A DNA stretch of 64,000 nucleotides. Origin: Gammaproteobacteria bacterium (lineage in GTDB: Bacteria; Pseudomonadota; Gammaproteobacteria; SZUA-229). The notes under the pieces are model-generated. The model had not been told where the DNA came from. It worked only from the letters and a program-made list of their open reading frames with translations, and made no database searches. The stretch covers positions 38,949 to 102,948 of the forward strand of contig JAOUMX010000001.1 in NCBI GenBank assembly GCA_029881275.1, read 5' to 3'. Both the position numbers and the translations under genes were made by a program. Numbering within the stretch: position 1 is the stretch's first letter; each line of letters opens with the position of its first letter. Below are positions 19,570 to 30,358 of this stretch, one piece after another.

Positions 19570-21960
19570 TTAACTTTTAGACAATAATATTGTTTCATTG
19601 GTTTTACGCATTTTTGCGTAGGCGCATAATTTCCTCATTATCCGATCATTGAGGCTGTCTTTTACAAAGTTACCATCAGCCAGTTCTTCTCCAGCGGTGA
19701 ATCCTGTCAGGATTTCCAGCGCCTGTTCGTAGTGATTAACAGGGTAGATATGAAATTTTTTATTTTCTATGGCATCAATTACTTCTTTCTTTAATAGAAG
19801 ATTCATAACATTGATTTTCGGAATAATGCAGCCCTGGTCGCCGGTTAGGCCGCGTTGTTTGCAGATATCAAAAAAACCTTCAATCTTTTCGTTAACACCA
19901 CCAATTGCCTGTACATAACCCTGTTGATTGAGTGAGCCGGTCACTGCATATGACTGTTTTAAAGGAATATTGGTTAATGCTGAAATAAGGACGCAAAGTT
20001 CGGCTAATGAAGCGCTGTCGCCATCAATGCGGCCATATGATTGTTCGAAGGCAATACTGGCGGAAAAGGCTAATGGCGTATCTCTTGTATAGCGATTTGC
20101 CAGTAGCGCTGAAAGTATTAAAACACCCTTATCGTGTATTGAGCCACTTAAGTCAACTTCACGTTCTATATTAATGATAGAACCATCACCCAGGTGTACA
20201 GAGGCGGTTATTCTTGATGGTTGTCCAAAACTAAATTTACCAACTTCATATACTGAAAGGCCATTTATTTGTCCAATAGCACTACCATCTGTGTCAATCA
20301 GTAAGATGCCTCTTTGTATGTCTTTTTGAATTAATTTCTGTATTCTTTCTGTACGCTGAATCTGGGCATCAATTGCATGTTGAACGTCATCATAGGTTAT
20401 ATACTGATGATCTGATTGCATTGCCCAGTATTGGGTTTCAATAAGTAAATCATCAATCGTTCTCAGACGTGTTGACAATGTTTCCGTATTATTTGCAATG
20501 CGGGAACTAAATTCTATTAATCTGGCAACAGCACCTGCTTCAAGATCTCTTAAGTTATGCTTTCTGGCTCTTGATGCAATCAGTCTTGCATAGAGTAGTG
20601 TGTTGTCTTCGTCTCTATCCATTTCTTCATCAAAATCTGCTTCAACTTTAAAGAGTTCAGCAAAGTCTGGATCCATATCATGTAATATGTAATAGGTGAG
20701 TCGGTTACCCAGTAAAATAACTTTAATTCTGAGAGGGATGGGTTCTGGTTCCAGTGTTATGGTGGTGTCGTTATTGAGCACCTGATCCAGTGACTCTATT
20801 TTAACTTTTTTGGCATAGAGTGATCTTTTTAATGCCTCCCACGCATGAGGCATGCTGAGTATTTTGTGTGCGTCGATAACAATGTATCCACCATTTGCAT
20901 CAAGTAATGCACCTGATTTAATCAGCATGAAATTTGTGGAAGAGCCAGATGATCGATTTTCGTATTCAATTCTACCGATCAAATTGTGGTATGTTGGGTT
21001 GTCCAGGTAAATGACGGGTGCGCCATTCTTCTTGCTGCTATCAACAATCAGATTTACCTGGTAACGTATTAACGCGTTATCTTTTTTATTTGAATCGGAT
21101 GATTCTTCATCTTCTCCTTCGAGAAAGAACTCAAGATGATCAAGGACGTCTTCCTGTACAGATTTTAAATAGTTTGCAATATGACGGAATGCTTTATAAC
21201 GACGTTTTACATCTTTAATTAAATTACTTGTCGCAAAAAGGGCAACTTTACGATTTAATTTATTTAGTTTGATATTGTTTTCACGTCTTTGTCTTGATAT
21301 TTCCGGAATTAGATAATCGAGTTCGTTTTGAAAGTTTTCGATTTTGCTGTCAATAACTTCTTTCTCATCCTCTGGTAGAGCCTCGTACTCTTGTTCGGAT
21401 AATTCAACTCCATTTTTCATCGGCATCAACATAAAGCCAGAGGAAGTCTGGCTGAGCATAATATTTTGACTTTGTGCTCTTTCGACATGTTTATCAATTA
21501 AGGACGACTGTTTTTTAGTAAATATCTTCTCAATCTGTTGTACCTGATCCTGGTACTCAGTTGCTTCAAAGGCTGCGTTAATGGCTTTGCTCAGATCTTC
21601 GACCAGGTTTTTCATGTCTTTTTGGAATAGCTTTCCCTGACCGGCAGGTAATTTCAGGGCGTAAGGTTTGTAATCCTGCTCGAAATTACGTACATAGCAC
21701 CAGTCAGAGGGGACTTCTTCATCGGCGGCTTTACGCGTCAGATATTTACGGATAATTCCATGTTTACCCAGTCCTGATGGTCCCATAACATACAGGTTAT
21801 AACCTCTATGATGGACACCTATCCCGAACTCAACGGCCTTAAGTGCGCGATCCTGTCCAACTATACCGACAGGATCTTCCAGTTCCGCTGTTGTTTTGAA
21901 AGGTAATGATTCGGCGGTACATGCAGGCCGTAGCTGTTTGGCTGTTAGTGACTTAATCAT
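19570..21960 (-). CDS. Lon-like (LonB/LonC-type, COG1067) protease: N-terminal AAA+-like module with non-canonical Walker motifs plus C-terminal S16 Lon protease domain
   Basis: 796 aa. P-loop-like 'GPSGLGKH' has His where Ser/Thr is expected. Walker-B-like 'GGYIVIDAHKI' has DA where DE is expected. Lon catalytic dyad context 'RIDGDSASLAELCVLISAL' (Ser) and 'GGVNEKIEGF' (Lys). Confidence 0.8.
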   Translation of the reverse strand: MIKSLTAKQLRPACTAESLPFKTTAELEDPVGIVGQDRALKAVEFGIGVHHRGYNLYVMGPSGLGKHGIIRKYLTRKAADEEVPSDWCYVRNFEQDYKPYALKLPAGQGKLFQKDMKNLVEDLSKAINAAFEATEYQDQVQQIEKIFTKKQSSLIDKHVERAQSQNIMLSQTSSGFMLMPMKNGVELSEQEYEALPEDEKEVIDSKIENFQNELDYLIPEISRQRRENNIKLNKLNRKVALFATSNLIKDVKRRYKAFRHIANYLKSVQEDVLDHLEFFLEGEDEESSDSNKKDNALIRYQVNLIVDSSKKNGAPVIYLDNPTYHNLIGRIEYENRSSGSSTNFMLIKSGALLDANGGYIVIDAHKILSMPHAWEALKRSLYAKKVKIESLDQVLNNDTTITLEPEPIPLRIKVILLGNRLTYYILHDMDPDFAELFKVEADFDEEMDRDEDNTLLYARLIASRARKHNLRDLEAGAVARLIEFSSRIANNTETLSTRLRTIDDLLIETQYWAMQSDHQYITYDDVQHAIDAQIQRTERIQKLIQKDIQRGILLIDTDGSAIGQINGLSVYEVGKFSFGQPSRITASVHLGDGSIINIEREVDLSGSIHDKGVLILSALLANRYTRDTPLAFSASIAFEQSYGRIDGDSASLAELCVLISALTNIPLKQSYAVTGSLNQQGYVQAIGGVNEKIEGFFDICKQRGLTGDQGCIIPKINVMNLLLKKEVIDAIENKKFHIYPVNHYEQALEILTGFTAGEELADGNFVKDSLNDRIMRKLCAYAKMRKTNETILLSKS

Positions 21961-22061
21961 TGTAATTTATAATTTTAATATTCTATTCAATGGTGTTATT
22001 TTGGCACAAAATACCTGTCTCAAGTACAATTGAGGCAAAATAATTACAATTGGATCAGTAT

Positions 22062-24995
22062 ATGACCGTAGTGGCTTTAAAACCCGAAAAAATACACCCG
22101 TCATTTGAATGGCTTCGTAGTGAGCCAGTTGAATCTTTAAACCTTGTTGTCGAGGAATACCGGCACATTAAAACCGGGGCCTTGTATTATCATCTTTCTG
22201 CGGATAATACGGAAAATGTTTTTCTTGTTGCCTTACGAACAGTGCCTTTTGATTCTACGGGTGTTGCTCATATTCTTGAGCATACAGTTTTGTGTGGTAG
22301 TGAGCATTATCCTGTTCGTGATCCGTTTTTTATGATGATCCGCCGCTCATTGAATACCTTTATGAATGCCTTCACCAGTAGTGACTGGACGGCTTACCCG
22401 TTTGCCAGCCAGAATTTTAAGGATTTTAATAATCTTCTGGATGTTTATCTTGATGCGGTATTTTTTTCCAGGCTGGATAAACTCGATTTTGCTCAGGAAG
22501 GGCATAGATACGAATTTGAAAAAGCAGATGACCCTTCTTCTAATCTGACTTATAAAGGTGTCGTTTTTAATGAAATGAAAGGCGCTATGAGTTCTGCTGT
22601 CAGTACATTATGGCAAACCTTAACGGAACATCTCTATCCAACAACCACCTATCACTATAATAGCGGTGGTGAACCGGTCAATATTCCGGATCTGAGTTAT
22701 GATGAGCTGATTGCCTTTTATAAAAAACATTATCATCCATCAAATGCAGTTTTTATGACATTTGGAAATATTCCCGCCTATGAGCATCAGCAAAAGTTTG
22801 AAGACCGCGCACTATCCAGTTTCGATCGCCTGAATGAGGAGATAAGTGTTGCCAAAGAAAAGCGCTATACAAACCCCGTCTCTGTGGCAGATACCTATGC
22901 GTCTGATGAAGAAGATATCAATCATAAAACCCATATTGTTATAGGTTGGTTGCTGGGCGAAAGTACTTCATTGCTGGATATGTTACGAGCTCATCTTATG
23001 TCCAGTGTTCTACTTGAAAATAGTGCATCACCATTACGTTACGCACTTGAACGAACAGATCTTGGTACGGCGCCTTCACCATTATGTGGCCTCGAAGACT
23101 CTAATCGTGAAATGTGTTTTATGTGTGGCGTAGAAGGATCGAATCCGGAACATAATCTTGCTGTTGAGGAACTGGTTTTATCCACATTACGTGAAGTGGC
23201 CGAAAAAGGGGTTCCTCTTGATCGTTTAGAGGCCGTATTGCATCAACTTGAATTGGGGCAAAGAGAAGTGGGTGGCGATGGTTACCCTTATGGTTTGCAG
23301 CTAATTCTAAATGGACTCTCCGCCGCCATTCATCGTGGTGACCCTGTGGCTGTATTAAACCTGGATCCGGTACTTGAACAACTCAGGCTGGATATTCAGG
23401 ATCCGAATTTCATCAGAAATCTGGTTAAGGATAGTCTGCTTGATAATCCCCATCGGGTTACTCTGACTATGAAACCCGATCCTGAACTGAGTCAAAAGCA
23501 GGATAAGGATGAAGCAGAAAAACTGGCATCAATTAAGGAACAGCTGTCAGCGGATGATATCGATAATATTGTCACTACTGCGGCAAAACTGGTAGAGAGA
23601 CAGAATTCAGAAGATGATCCTGATGTACTGCCAAAAGTGGGATTGCAGGATATCCCTGCTGAACTTTATGTGCCAGAAGGATCAACTGAAGACATTAACA
23701 ATACACCTGTTAATTATTACCAGCAGGGTACTAATGGCCTTGTCTATCAGCAGGTTATTATCAATCTGCCTGCGCTGGATCATGATTTACTCGATGTGCT
23801 GCCATACTATACTTTTTGTCTGACAGAGCTGGGCTGTGCAAATCAGGATTATCTGGCGGTTCAGGACTGGCAATCAAGGGTTAGCGGCGGTGTAAATGCT
23901 TATACGGGTATGCGTGGCAAAATTGATAATGTGCAGTCTGTTAAAGGGCATTTTGTATTATCTGCAAAAGCGCTGGCTAGAAATCATACCGAATTAAACA
24001 AATTGATGCAGCAAACACTGGAGCAGGTTCGGTTTGATGAATATGAGCGTATTCGAGAACTGATTTCACAGAAAAGGGCTCGACAGGAACAAAGCATCAC
24101 GGGTAATGGTCATGGTCTGGCAATGCTGGCAGCCAGCAGTGGTATGAGTCCTGTTTCGGCGCTGACCCACAGACTTGACGGTCTGGCAGGTATTAAATTT
24201 ATTAAACAGCTGGATGATGATTTAGATGATCGGTCTAATCTGGTTAATCTGGCGGAGAAGTTTCAGCGCATACATAACAAGGTTCTCGCTTCATCACGGC
24301 AATTTTTAGTAATCGCAGAAGACGATATGAAAACACCTTTGGTAAATGACATTGCCACTATATGGCCGTCGGTCGAGCAAAACAGGATTGATCAGTTTGT
24401 ATTACCAGAAGTTAGTGAGCAGGTTAAACAGGCATGGATTACCAGTACACAGGTTAATTTTTGTGCAAAAGCATACCAGACGGTACCTGTAGAACACGAT
24501 GATGCGCCCGCGTTAGCCGTGCTGGGTGGTTTTTTGCGTAATGGCTTTTTACATCGAGCTGTCCGTGAGCAGGGTGGAGCCTATGGCGGCGGTGCCAGTC
24601 ATGATTCGGCAAATGCCTGTTTTAGATTTTATTCTTATCGTGATCCACGTTTAACGCAGACCTTCAGTGATTTTGATCAATCTGTAGACTGGTTATTAAG
24701 CCATAATCATGAGTATCGTCAATTGGAGGAAGCCATACTTGGTGTTATTAGTAACATGGATAAACCAGGATCACCTGCAGGTGAGGCAAAGCAGGCTTTT
24801 CATAATGATTTGTATGGTCGTAGTAAAGAACAGAGACAGCGATTCAGGCAAAAAGTCATAAAGGTCACTGTTGAGGATCTTAAGCGTGTGGGGCAAACCT
24901 ATTTAAAATCAAGTAATGCGAGCATCGCTGTGGTGACAAATAAAACACACGAAAATGAAATAAAAGATCTGGGTATGGAGATTATTAAACTTTAA
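22062..24995 (+). CDS. M16C-family zinc metallopeptidase (presequence protease PreP-like, insulinase superfamily)
   Basis: About 977 aa. Inverted zinc motif 'HILEHTVLCGSEHYPVRDPFFMMIRRSLNTFMNAFTSSDWTAYPF' closely parallels PreP. No signal peptide. Start ATG 22062 (the track start 22050 is TTG). Confidence 0.85.
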   Translation: MTVVALKPEKIHPSFEWLRSEPVESLNLVVEEYRHIKTGALYYHLSADNTENVFLVALRTVPFDSTGVAHILEHTVLCGSEHYPVRDPFFMMIRRSLNTFMNAFTSSDWTAYPFASQNFKDFNNLLDVYLDAVFFSRLDKLDFAQEGHRYEFEKADDPSSNLTYKGVVFNEMKGAMSSAVSTLWQTLTEHLYPTTTYHYNSGGEPVNIPDLSYDELIAFYKKHYHPSNAVFMTFGNIPAYEHQQKFEDRALSSFDRLNEEISVAKEKRYTNPVSVADTYASDEEDINHKTHIVIGWLLGESTSLLDMLRAHLMSSVLLENSASPLRYALERTDLGTAPSPLCGLEDSNREMCFMCGVEGSNPEHNLAVEELVLSTLREVAEKGVPLDRLEAVLHQLELGQREVGGDGYPYGLQLILNGLSAAIHRGDPVAVLNLDPVLEQLRLDIQDPNFIRNLVKDSLLDNPHRVTLTMKPDPELSQKQDKDEAEKLASIKEQLSADDIDNIVTTAAKLVERQNSEDDPDVLPKVGLQDIPAELYVPEGSTEDINNTPVNYYQQGTNGLVYQQVIINLPALDHDLLDVLPYYTFCLTELGCANQDYLAVQDWQSRVSGGVNAYTGMRGKIDNVQSVKGHFVLSAKALARNHTELNKLMQQTLEQVRFDEYERIRELISQKRARQEQSITGNGHGLAMLAASSGMSPVSALTHRLDGLAGIKFIKQLDDDLDDRSNLVNLAEKFQRIHNKVLASSRQFLVIAEDDMKTPLVNDIATIWPSVEQNRIDQFVLPEVSEQVKQAWITSTQVNFCAKAYQTVPVEHDDAPALAVLGGFLRNGFLHRAVREQGGAYGGGASHDSANACFRFYSYRDPRLTQTFSDFDQSVDWLLSHNHEYRQLEEAILGVISNMDKPGSPAGEAKQAFHNDLYGRSKEQRQRFRQKVIKVTVEDLKRVGQTYLKSSNASIAVVTNKTHENEIKDLGMEIIKL

Positions 24996-25065
24996 TTATT
25001 CTATTTTGCTTTCAGGGATGAAAGCGGGTGGGGTGTCTCTGCATTTTTTTATATCTTATCTATAA

Positions 25066-25096
25066 TGATTGATAAATGTAAAAAATCTATCAATCA
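25066..25096. promoter_or_regulatory. Perfect 9-bp inverted repeat tgattgata-N13-tatcaatca in the M16 / DUF503 intergenic region
   Basis: Read directly from the sequence. The A/T-rich spacer is 'aatgtaaaaaatc'. Confidence 0.35.
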
Positions 25097-25268
25097 ATAT
25101 GTCGAAAGACTTTACAGTAATAGTCGAAAAGTCTTCTGTGTAAATGCCGGATAATCTGTAACTTGCTGATTAATAAGCTTAAAATAATTATTGGTATGGA
25201 TTGTGCCTTGTTTAATATTAGTGATTCCTGTTACTTGTTAGTGTAAAAATTGTTAAGACATTTTACAA

Positions 25269-25565
25269 ATGGTTAATGCAGGTGCTCACGTTATATTAAT
25301 GTTATTCGAATTGCGTATTAGCTATGTGCAATCTCTCAAGGATAAGAGACGGGTTATAAAAGGATTGAAGGATCGTTTATCCAGTCGATTTAATATTTCA
25401 ATTGCTGAACTGGGTGAACTTGATAACTGGAATATGGCCATTCTTGGTGTAGCGATGATTGGTAATGACAGAAAATATCTTCAAACGCAGGCCAGCTATA
25501 TTGAAACATTAATACTGGAAGTAAAAGATATTGAGTTAATAGCAGTTTCAAAGGAGTGGTTGTAA
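25269..25565 (+). CDS. DUF503 (YlxP-like) small protein
   Basis: 98 aa with 'LMLFELRISYVQSLKDKRRVIKGLKDRLSSRFNISIAEL', matching the DUF503 core. Confidence 0.6.
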   Translation: MVNAGAHVILMLFELRISYVQSLKDKRRVIKGLKDRLSSRFNISIAELGELDNWNMAILGVAMIGNDRKYLQTQASYIETLILEVKDIELIAVSKEWL

Positions 25566-25612
25566 TAATCGGATAATAATAGCAATAAAAATTATTATAA
25601 GGCTTTATATAA

Positions 25613-26122
25613 ATGATTAAAAAACTACTACTCGTCAGGCATGCATCGTCAGATTATGCAGGACTAGGTGTTAAGGATATTGACCGAGTGTTGAATGAAA
25701 CAGGTATTCAACAGGCCCATGCTATGGCAGCATACGTAAAAGATAAAGGTATATGTCCTGATCTACTGATTACCAGTCCTTCTGCGCGCACTCGTAAAAC
25801 GGCATTGTTTTTTGTTGATTCTTTCGGAATCGGTGAAAATAAGATCAAACTGGTTGACGATATTTACGAAGCGGAGCCGGAAACACTTCTGGAAATTATT
25901 CGTAATGTATCAAATTCCATAGATACCCTGATGCTGGTAGGTCACAATCCCTCTATTGCATTATTATCAAGCTATCTGTCTGATCAGATTATTGATCAGG
26001 TGCCAACCTGCGGTGTTGTTGATTTAATATTTGATATTGATGACTGGGCGTCTGTTAGTGAAGGTGGTGGCCAGCTTATTAGTCTTGAATCACCGGCACA
26101 ATTATTACATAACCAGGCTTAA
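25613..26122 (+). CDS. sixA: Phosphohistidine phosphatase SixA (histidine phosphatase superfamily)
   Basis: 169 aa with 'LLLVRHASSDY' (RHG-type catalytic motif) and 'LVGHNP'. Confidence 0.75.
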   Translation: MIKKLLLVRHASSDYAGLGVKDIDRVLNETGIQQAHAMAAYVKDKGICPDLLITSPSARTRKTALFFVDSFGIGENKIKLVDDIYEAEPETLLEIIRNVSNSIDTLMLVGHNPSIALLSSYLSDQIIDQVPTCGVVDLIFDIDDWASVSEGGGQLISLESPAQLLHNQA

Positions 26123-26128
26123 TAAGAA

Positions 26129-26320
26129 CTATTTGCGTTTCTCATAAACAGCCATAATAGCTTTTAATTCTTTTAGTAATGCCATCAGTTCATCATAAGA
26201 GAGATGTACTGTGTGTTCTGTTGTTTCTCCATTCTCCAATGCATTAATGATTCCGGATACAGAAGTACAACCCTGTAAACATATGGTTTCAACAGCTTTT
26301 GATATATTATCTGTGTTCAT
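26129..26320 (-). CDS. Hypothetical small Cys-containing protein
   Basis: ATG at 26320 gives a 63-aa protein 'MNTDNISKAVETICLQGCTSV...'. It overlaps the upstream thioredoxin-like gene stop by 14 nt. No family recognised. Confidence 0.3.
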   Translation of the reverse strand: MNTDNISKAVETICLQGCTSVSGIINALENGETTEHTVHLSYDELMALLKELKAIMAVYEKRK

Positions 26321-27338
26321 GAGTTTTTCTATCACGCCAGAGCTGGAATGTGGGATAGGATTTATATCCCTCATCCAGAACATATTCTAAAATATTCTTT
26401 AAACGATTAAATTTTACTACAGATTCAATGCGAATTATCTCTTTTCCGTTATTGTCAAAAAATATGATGCTAGGTGCAAAGCTAAGTTGTAGTGTTTCAG
26501 CCCATGATTTATTGGTGGTTTTGATGCCCAGGGGTGTAATGACGTTAGCGCTTGATGTGGTATCAATCTGTATGACCCTCATTTTCATTAATCTATCAAT
26601 GATTTCTGATTCATTCATGGGGCCGGCATGTAAAACATCACAGGCATGACATTTAGGGTGTTCAAAGAAAACCGCTAATGGTTTATTCGCGGGCTGTTGT
26701 TGTCTATTTAGATCGGTAATCGACTGTTTTAATTCAAAAACATCATTATCATTCAATTCATCCTGGCCAAAACTCATGGCTTCTTCTGCCCGTGCCAGAT
26801 ATTGTCTGAAATTTTCCTTCTTGTAATGTCCATCACTGACGTACTCAAGTGCTGCTCTGAACTGATAGGGTGGGCGATAACCATAAAGTTGTAGAGCTGG
26901 CTGTCCTTGTTTATCAAAGAATAAAAATGAAGGGGTAAAATTCGTTTTCATTTTAGCAGCGTATTCATCTTCACTGTATGTATCACCATTGAAATCAGTT
27001 ACTGTTCTTTGCCCCCTGACATCAATGGCTATTACATCAAAATGTTGTTTTGTGTAATCAACAATATCTGCCATGCCCCAGTTGATTGTGAGCTGAGCTT
27101 TGCAATATGCGCAATTTTTACGTTCAAAGTAAATGATTAATCCATGATTATTTGATTTTGCTTCATCAATGCTGTCCTGTAAGTCGAGGAAACTTAATTT
27201 GAACCAGTCAGGTAAAATTAAATGATGTTGTAAAGAGGCGTCATCAAAGTCCAGAGAGCTGTCATTTGTTGATGCATACAAATCATGTGAAAAAAATGAA
27301 ATGAATATGACAAAATATGTGATTACGTGCCTGAACAT
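26307..27338 (-). CDS. Secreted protein with two thioredoxin-like domains (CxxC 'CAYC' and 'CHAC')
   Basis: Signal peptide 'MFRHVITYFVIFISFFSHDLYAS'. Two repeats each carrying a CxxC motif in thioredoxin-like context ('IYFERKNCAYCKAQ' and 'VFFEHPKCHACDVL'). Confidence 0.7.
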   Translation of the reverse strand: MFRHVITYFVIFISFFSHDLYASTNDSSLDFDDASLQHHLILPDWFKLSFLDLQDSIDEAKSNNHGLIIYFERKNCAYCKAQLTINWGMADIVDYTKQHFDVIAIDVRGQRTVTDFNGDTYSEDEYAAKMKTNFTPSFLFFDKQGQPALQLYGYRPPYQFRAALEYVSDGHYKKENFRQYLARAEEAMSFGQDELNDNDVFELKQSITDLNRQQQPANKPLAVFFEHPKCHACDVLHAGPMNESEIIDRLMKMRVIQIDTTSSANVITPLGIKTTNKSWAETLQLSFAPSIIFFDNNGKEIIRIESVVKFNRLKNILEYVLDEGYKSYPTFQLWRDRKTHEHR

Positions 27339-27373
27339 TTGTTTAATAATGCATCTATAAATGGGCTATTTAA

Positions 27374-28465
27374 TTATGGTTTGTGTGCCTTGCTGAGATA
27401 ATTGTGTGATCTCATTTCCTCTAAACGACTGCTTGTTCTTAGAAATTCGAATTCCAGTTGTGAACCACTGTATAATATGGCGGGGTCCACTTCTGAGCTG
27501 ACTATCAGTTTAACATTTCTATCATAGAACTCGTCAATCATATTAATAAAACGTCTGGCTTTGTCATCCTGTGATTCATTCATTTGTGGAATATCAGATA
27601 TAAACACCGTATGGAAGCATTTGGCTATTTCTATGTAATCTGAGGTGGCTCTTGGGCTTGAGCAGAGCATCTCAAATTCAAACCAGATAACATCGTCAGC
27701 AATCATTTTGCTCTGCAGAGTCCTGTGATTGATCTGTACGGACTGATTTAATTCGCCATTGCTGGGTGCCAGTTGGTTAAAGCGTCTGGTTAGCCGATGA
27801 TTGTTATCATCTGACAGAGGCGTATACCAGACGTCTGCTTTTTCAAGAAGTCTTAATCTGTGATCTGTTTTTCCATCAATATTTATAAGGCGAGTATTAT
27901 GCTTGATAAAGTCAATCGCAGGTAAAAAACGATCCCTTTGCAGACCATTCTTATACAAGTCATCAGGGTGCTGATTGGATGTCAGTACTAGCGTTATTCC
28001 GCATTTGAACAGTTCATCTAGTAGTCCATAGAGCAGCATGGCGTCGGTAATATCGGATACGTGGAATTCATCAAGACAAAGCACTGAGTTGTTCTTGGCA
28101 AAATTACGGGCAACCAGAATCAGGGGGTTGGTATGGCCTTTTAGTAAACCCAGTTCGTCATGGACGGCCTGCATAAAGTGATGAAAATGCAGACGGCGTT
28201 TGCCATCAAAGGGCAGGGCCATATAAAACATATCCATTAACCAGGTTTTGCCTCTGCCAACGCCACCCCAGAGATATATTCCTTTTACAGGTTTATTAAA
28301 GCCTGTCGCTTTTTTAAATTTGTATTTTAAACTTGATTTAGCTGTATGCTGTGAGGTTAATTCTTGAATTAAATGATTAAGATCCTGGACCACAGCTTCC
28401 TGTGCTGGATCAGCATCAAAATGTTCTGATTCTATTTTTGATTTATAAACAGATGCTAGCGTCAT
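27374..28465 (-). CDS. zapE: Cell division protein ZapE (AFG1-like ATPase)
   Basis: 363 aa with P-loop 'GGVGRGKTWLMD' and Walker B 'LCLDEFHVSD', matching the YhcM/ZapE family layout. Confidence 0.85.
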   Translation of the reverse strand: MTLASVYKSKIESEHFDADPAQEAVVQDLNHLIQELTSQHTAKSSLKYKFKKATGFNKPVKGIYLWGGVGRGKTWLMDMFYMALPFDGKRRLHFHHFMQAVHDELGLLKGHTNPLILVARNFAKNNSVLCLDEFHVSDITDAMLLYGLLDELFKCGITLVLTSNQHPDDLYKNGLQRDRFLPAIDFIKHNTRLINIDGKTDHRLRLLEKADVWYTPLSDDNNHRLTRRFNQLAPSNGELNQSVQINHRTLQSKMIADDVIWFEFEMLCSSPRATSDYIEIAKCFHTVFISDIPQMNESQDDKARRFINMIDEFYDRNVKLIVSSEVDPAILYSGSQLEFEFLRTSSRLEEMRSHNYLSKAHKP

Positions 28466-28633
28466 AAATTATTTATATGGTTTAAATTATAATAAAAACA
28501 GTTTGTTATAATATTTTTCTAATGTAAAATATTAGATGTTTCACGATCTTGGTGTGTTGAGTCTGATGACAGAATTTTATAATAGCTACAGAGTCAGGAT
28601 TATATAAATTCAATTTTATAGTATCTCAATTGA

Positions 28634-30357
<1,724 letters not shown>

Positions 30358-30358
<1 letters not shown>

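Noticed and set aside
19570-21960. Lon-like protease as BrxL of a BREX defence system
   Set aside because: No brxA, brxB, brxC, pglX or pglZ-like genes anywhere in the window. The neighbours are tpm, comEA and a PreP-like peptidase. The architecture fits stand-alone LonB/LonC-type proteases better.
22002-22020. Sigma-54 promoter (TGGCAC) between the Lon-like gene and the M16 peptidase
   Set aside because: The TGGCAC at 22002-22007 is not followed at the correct 4-5-nt spacing by a TTGC element (it reads aaaatacctg), so it does not fit the -24/-12 consensus.
26129-26383. Longer 84-aa version of the small ORF downstream of the thioredoxin-like gene
   Set aside because: It would overlap the upstream gene by 77 nt. 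The internal ATG at 26320 gives a more typical 14-nt overlap, and even that shorter ORF is kept only at low confidence.
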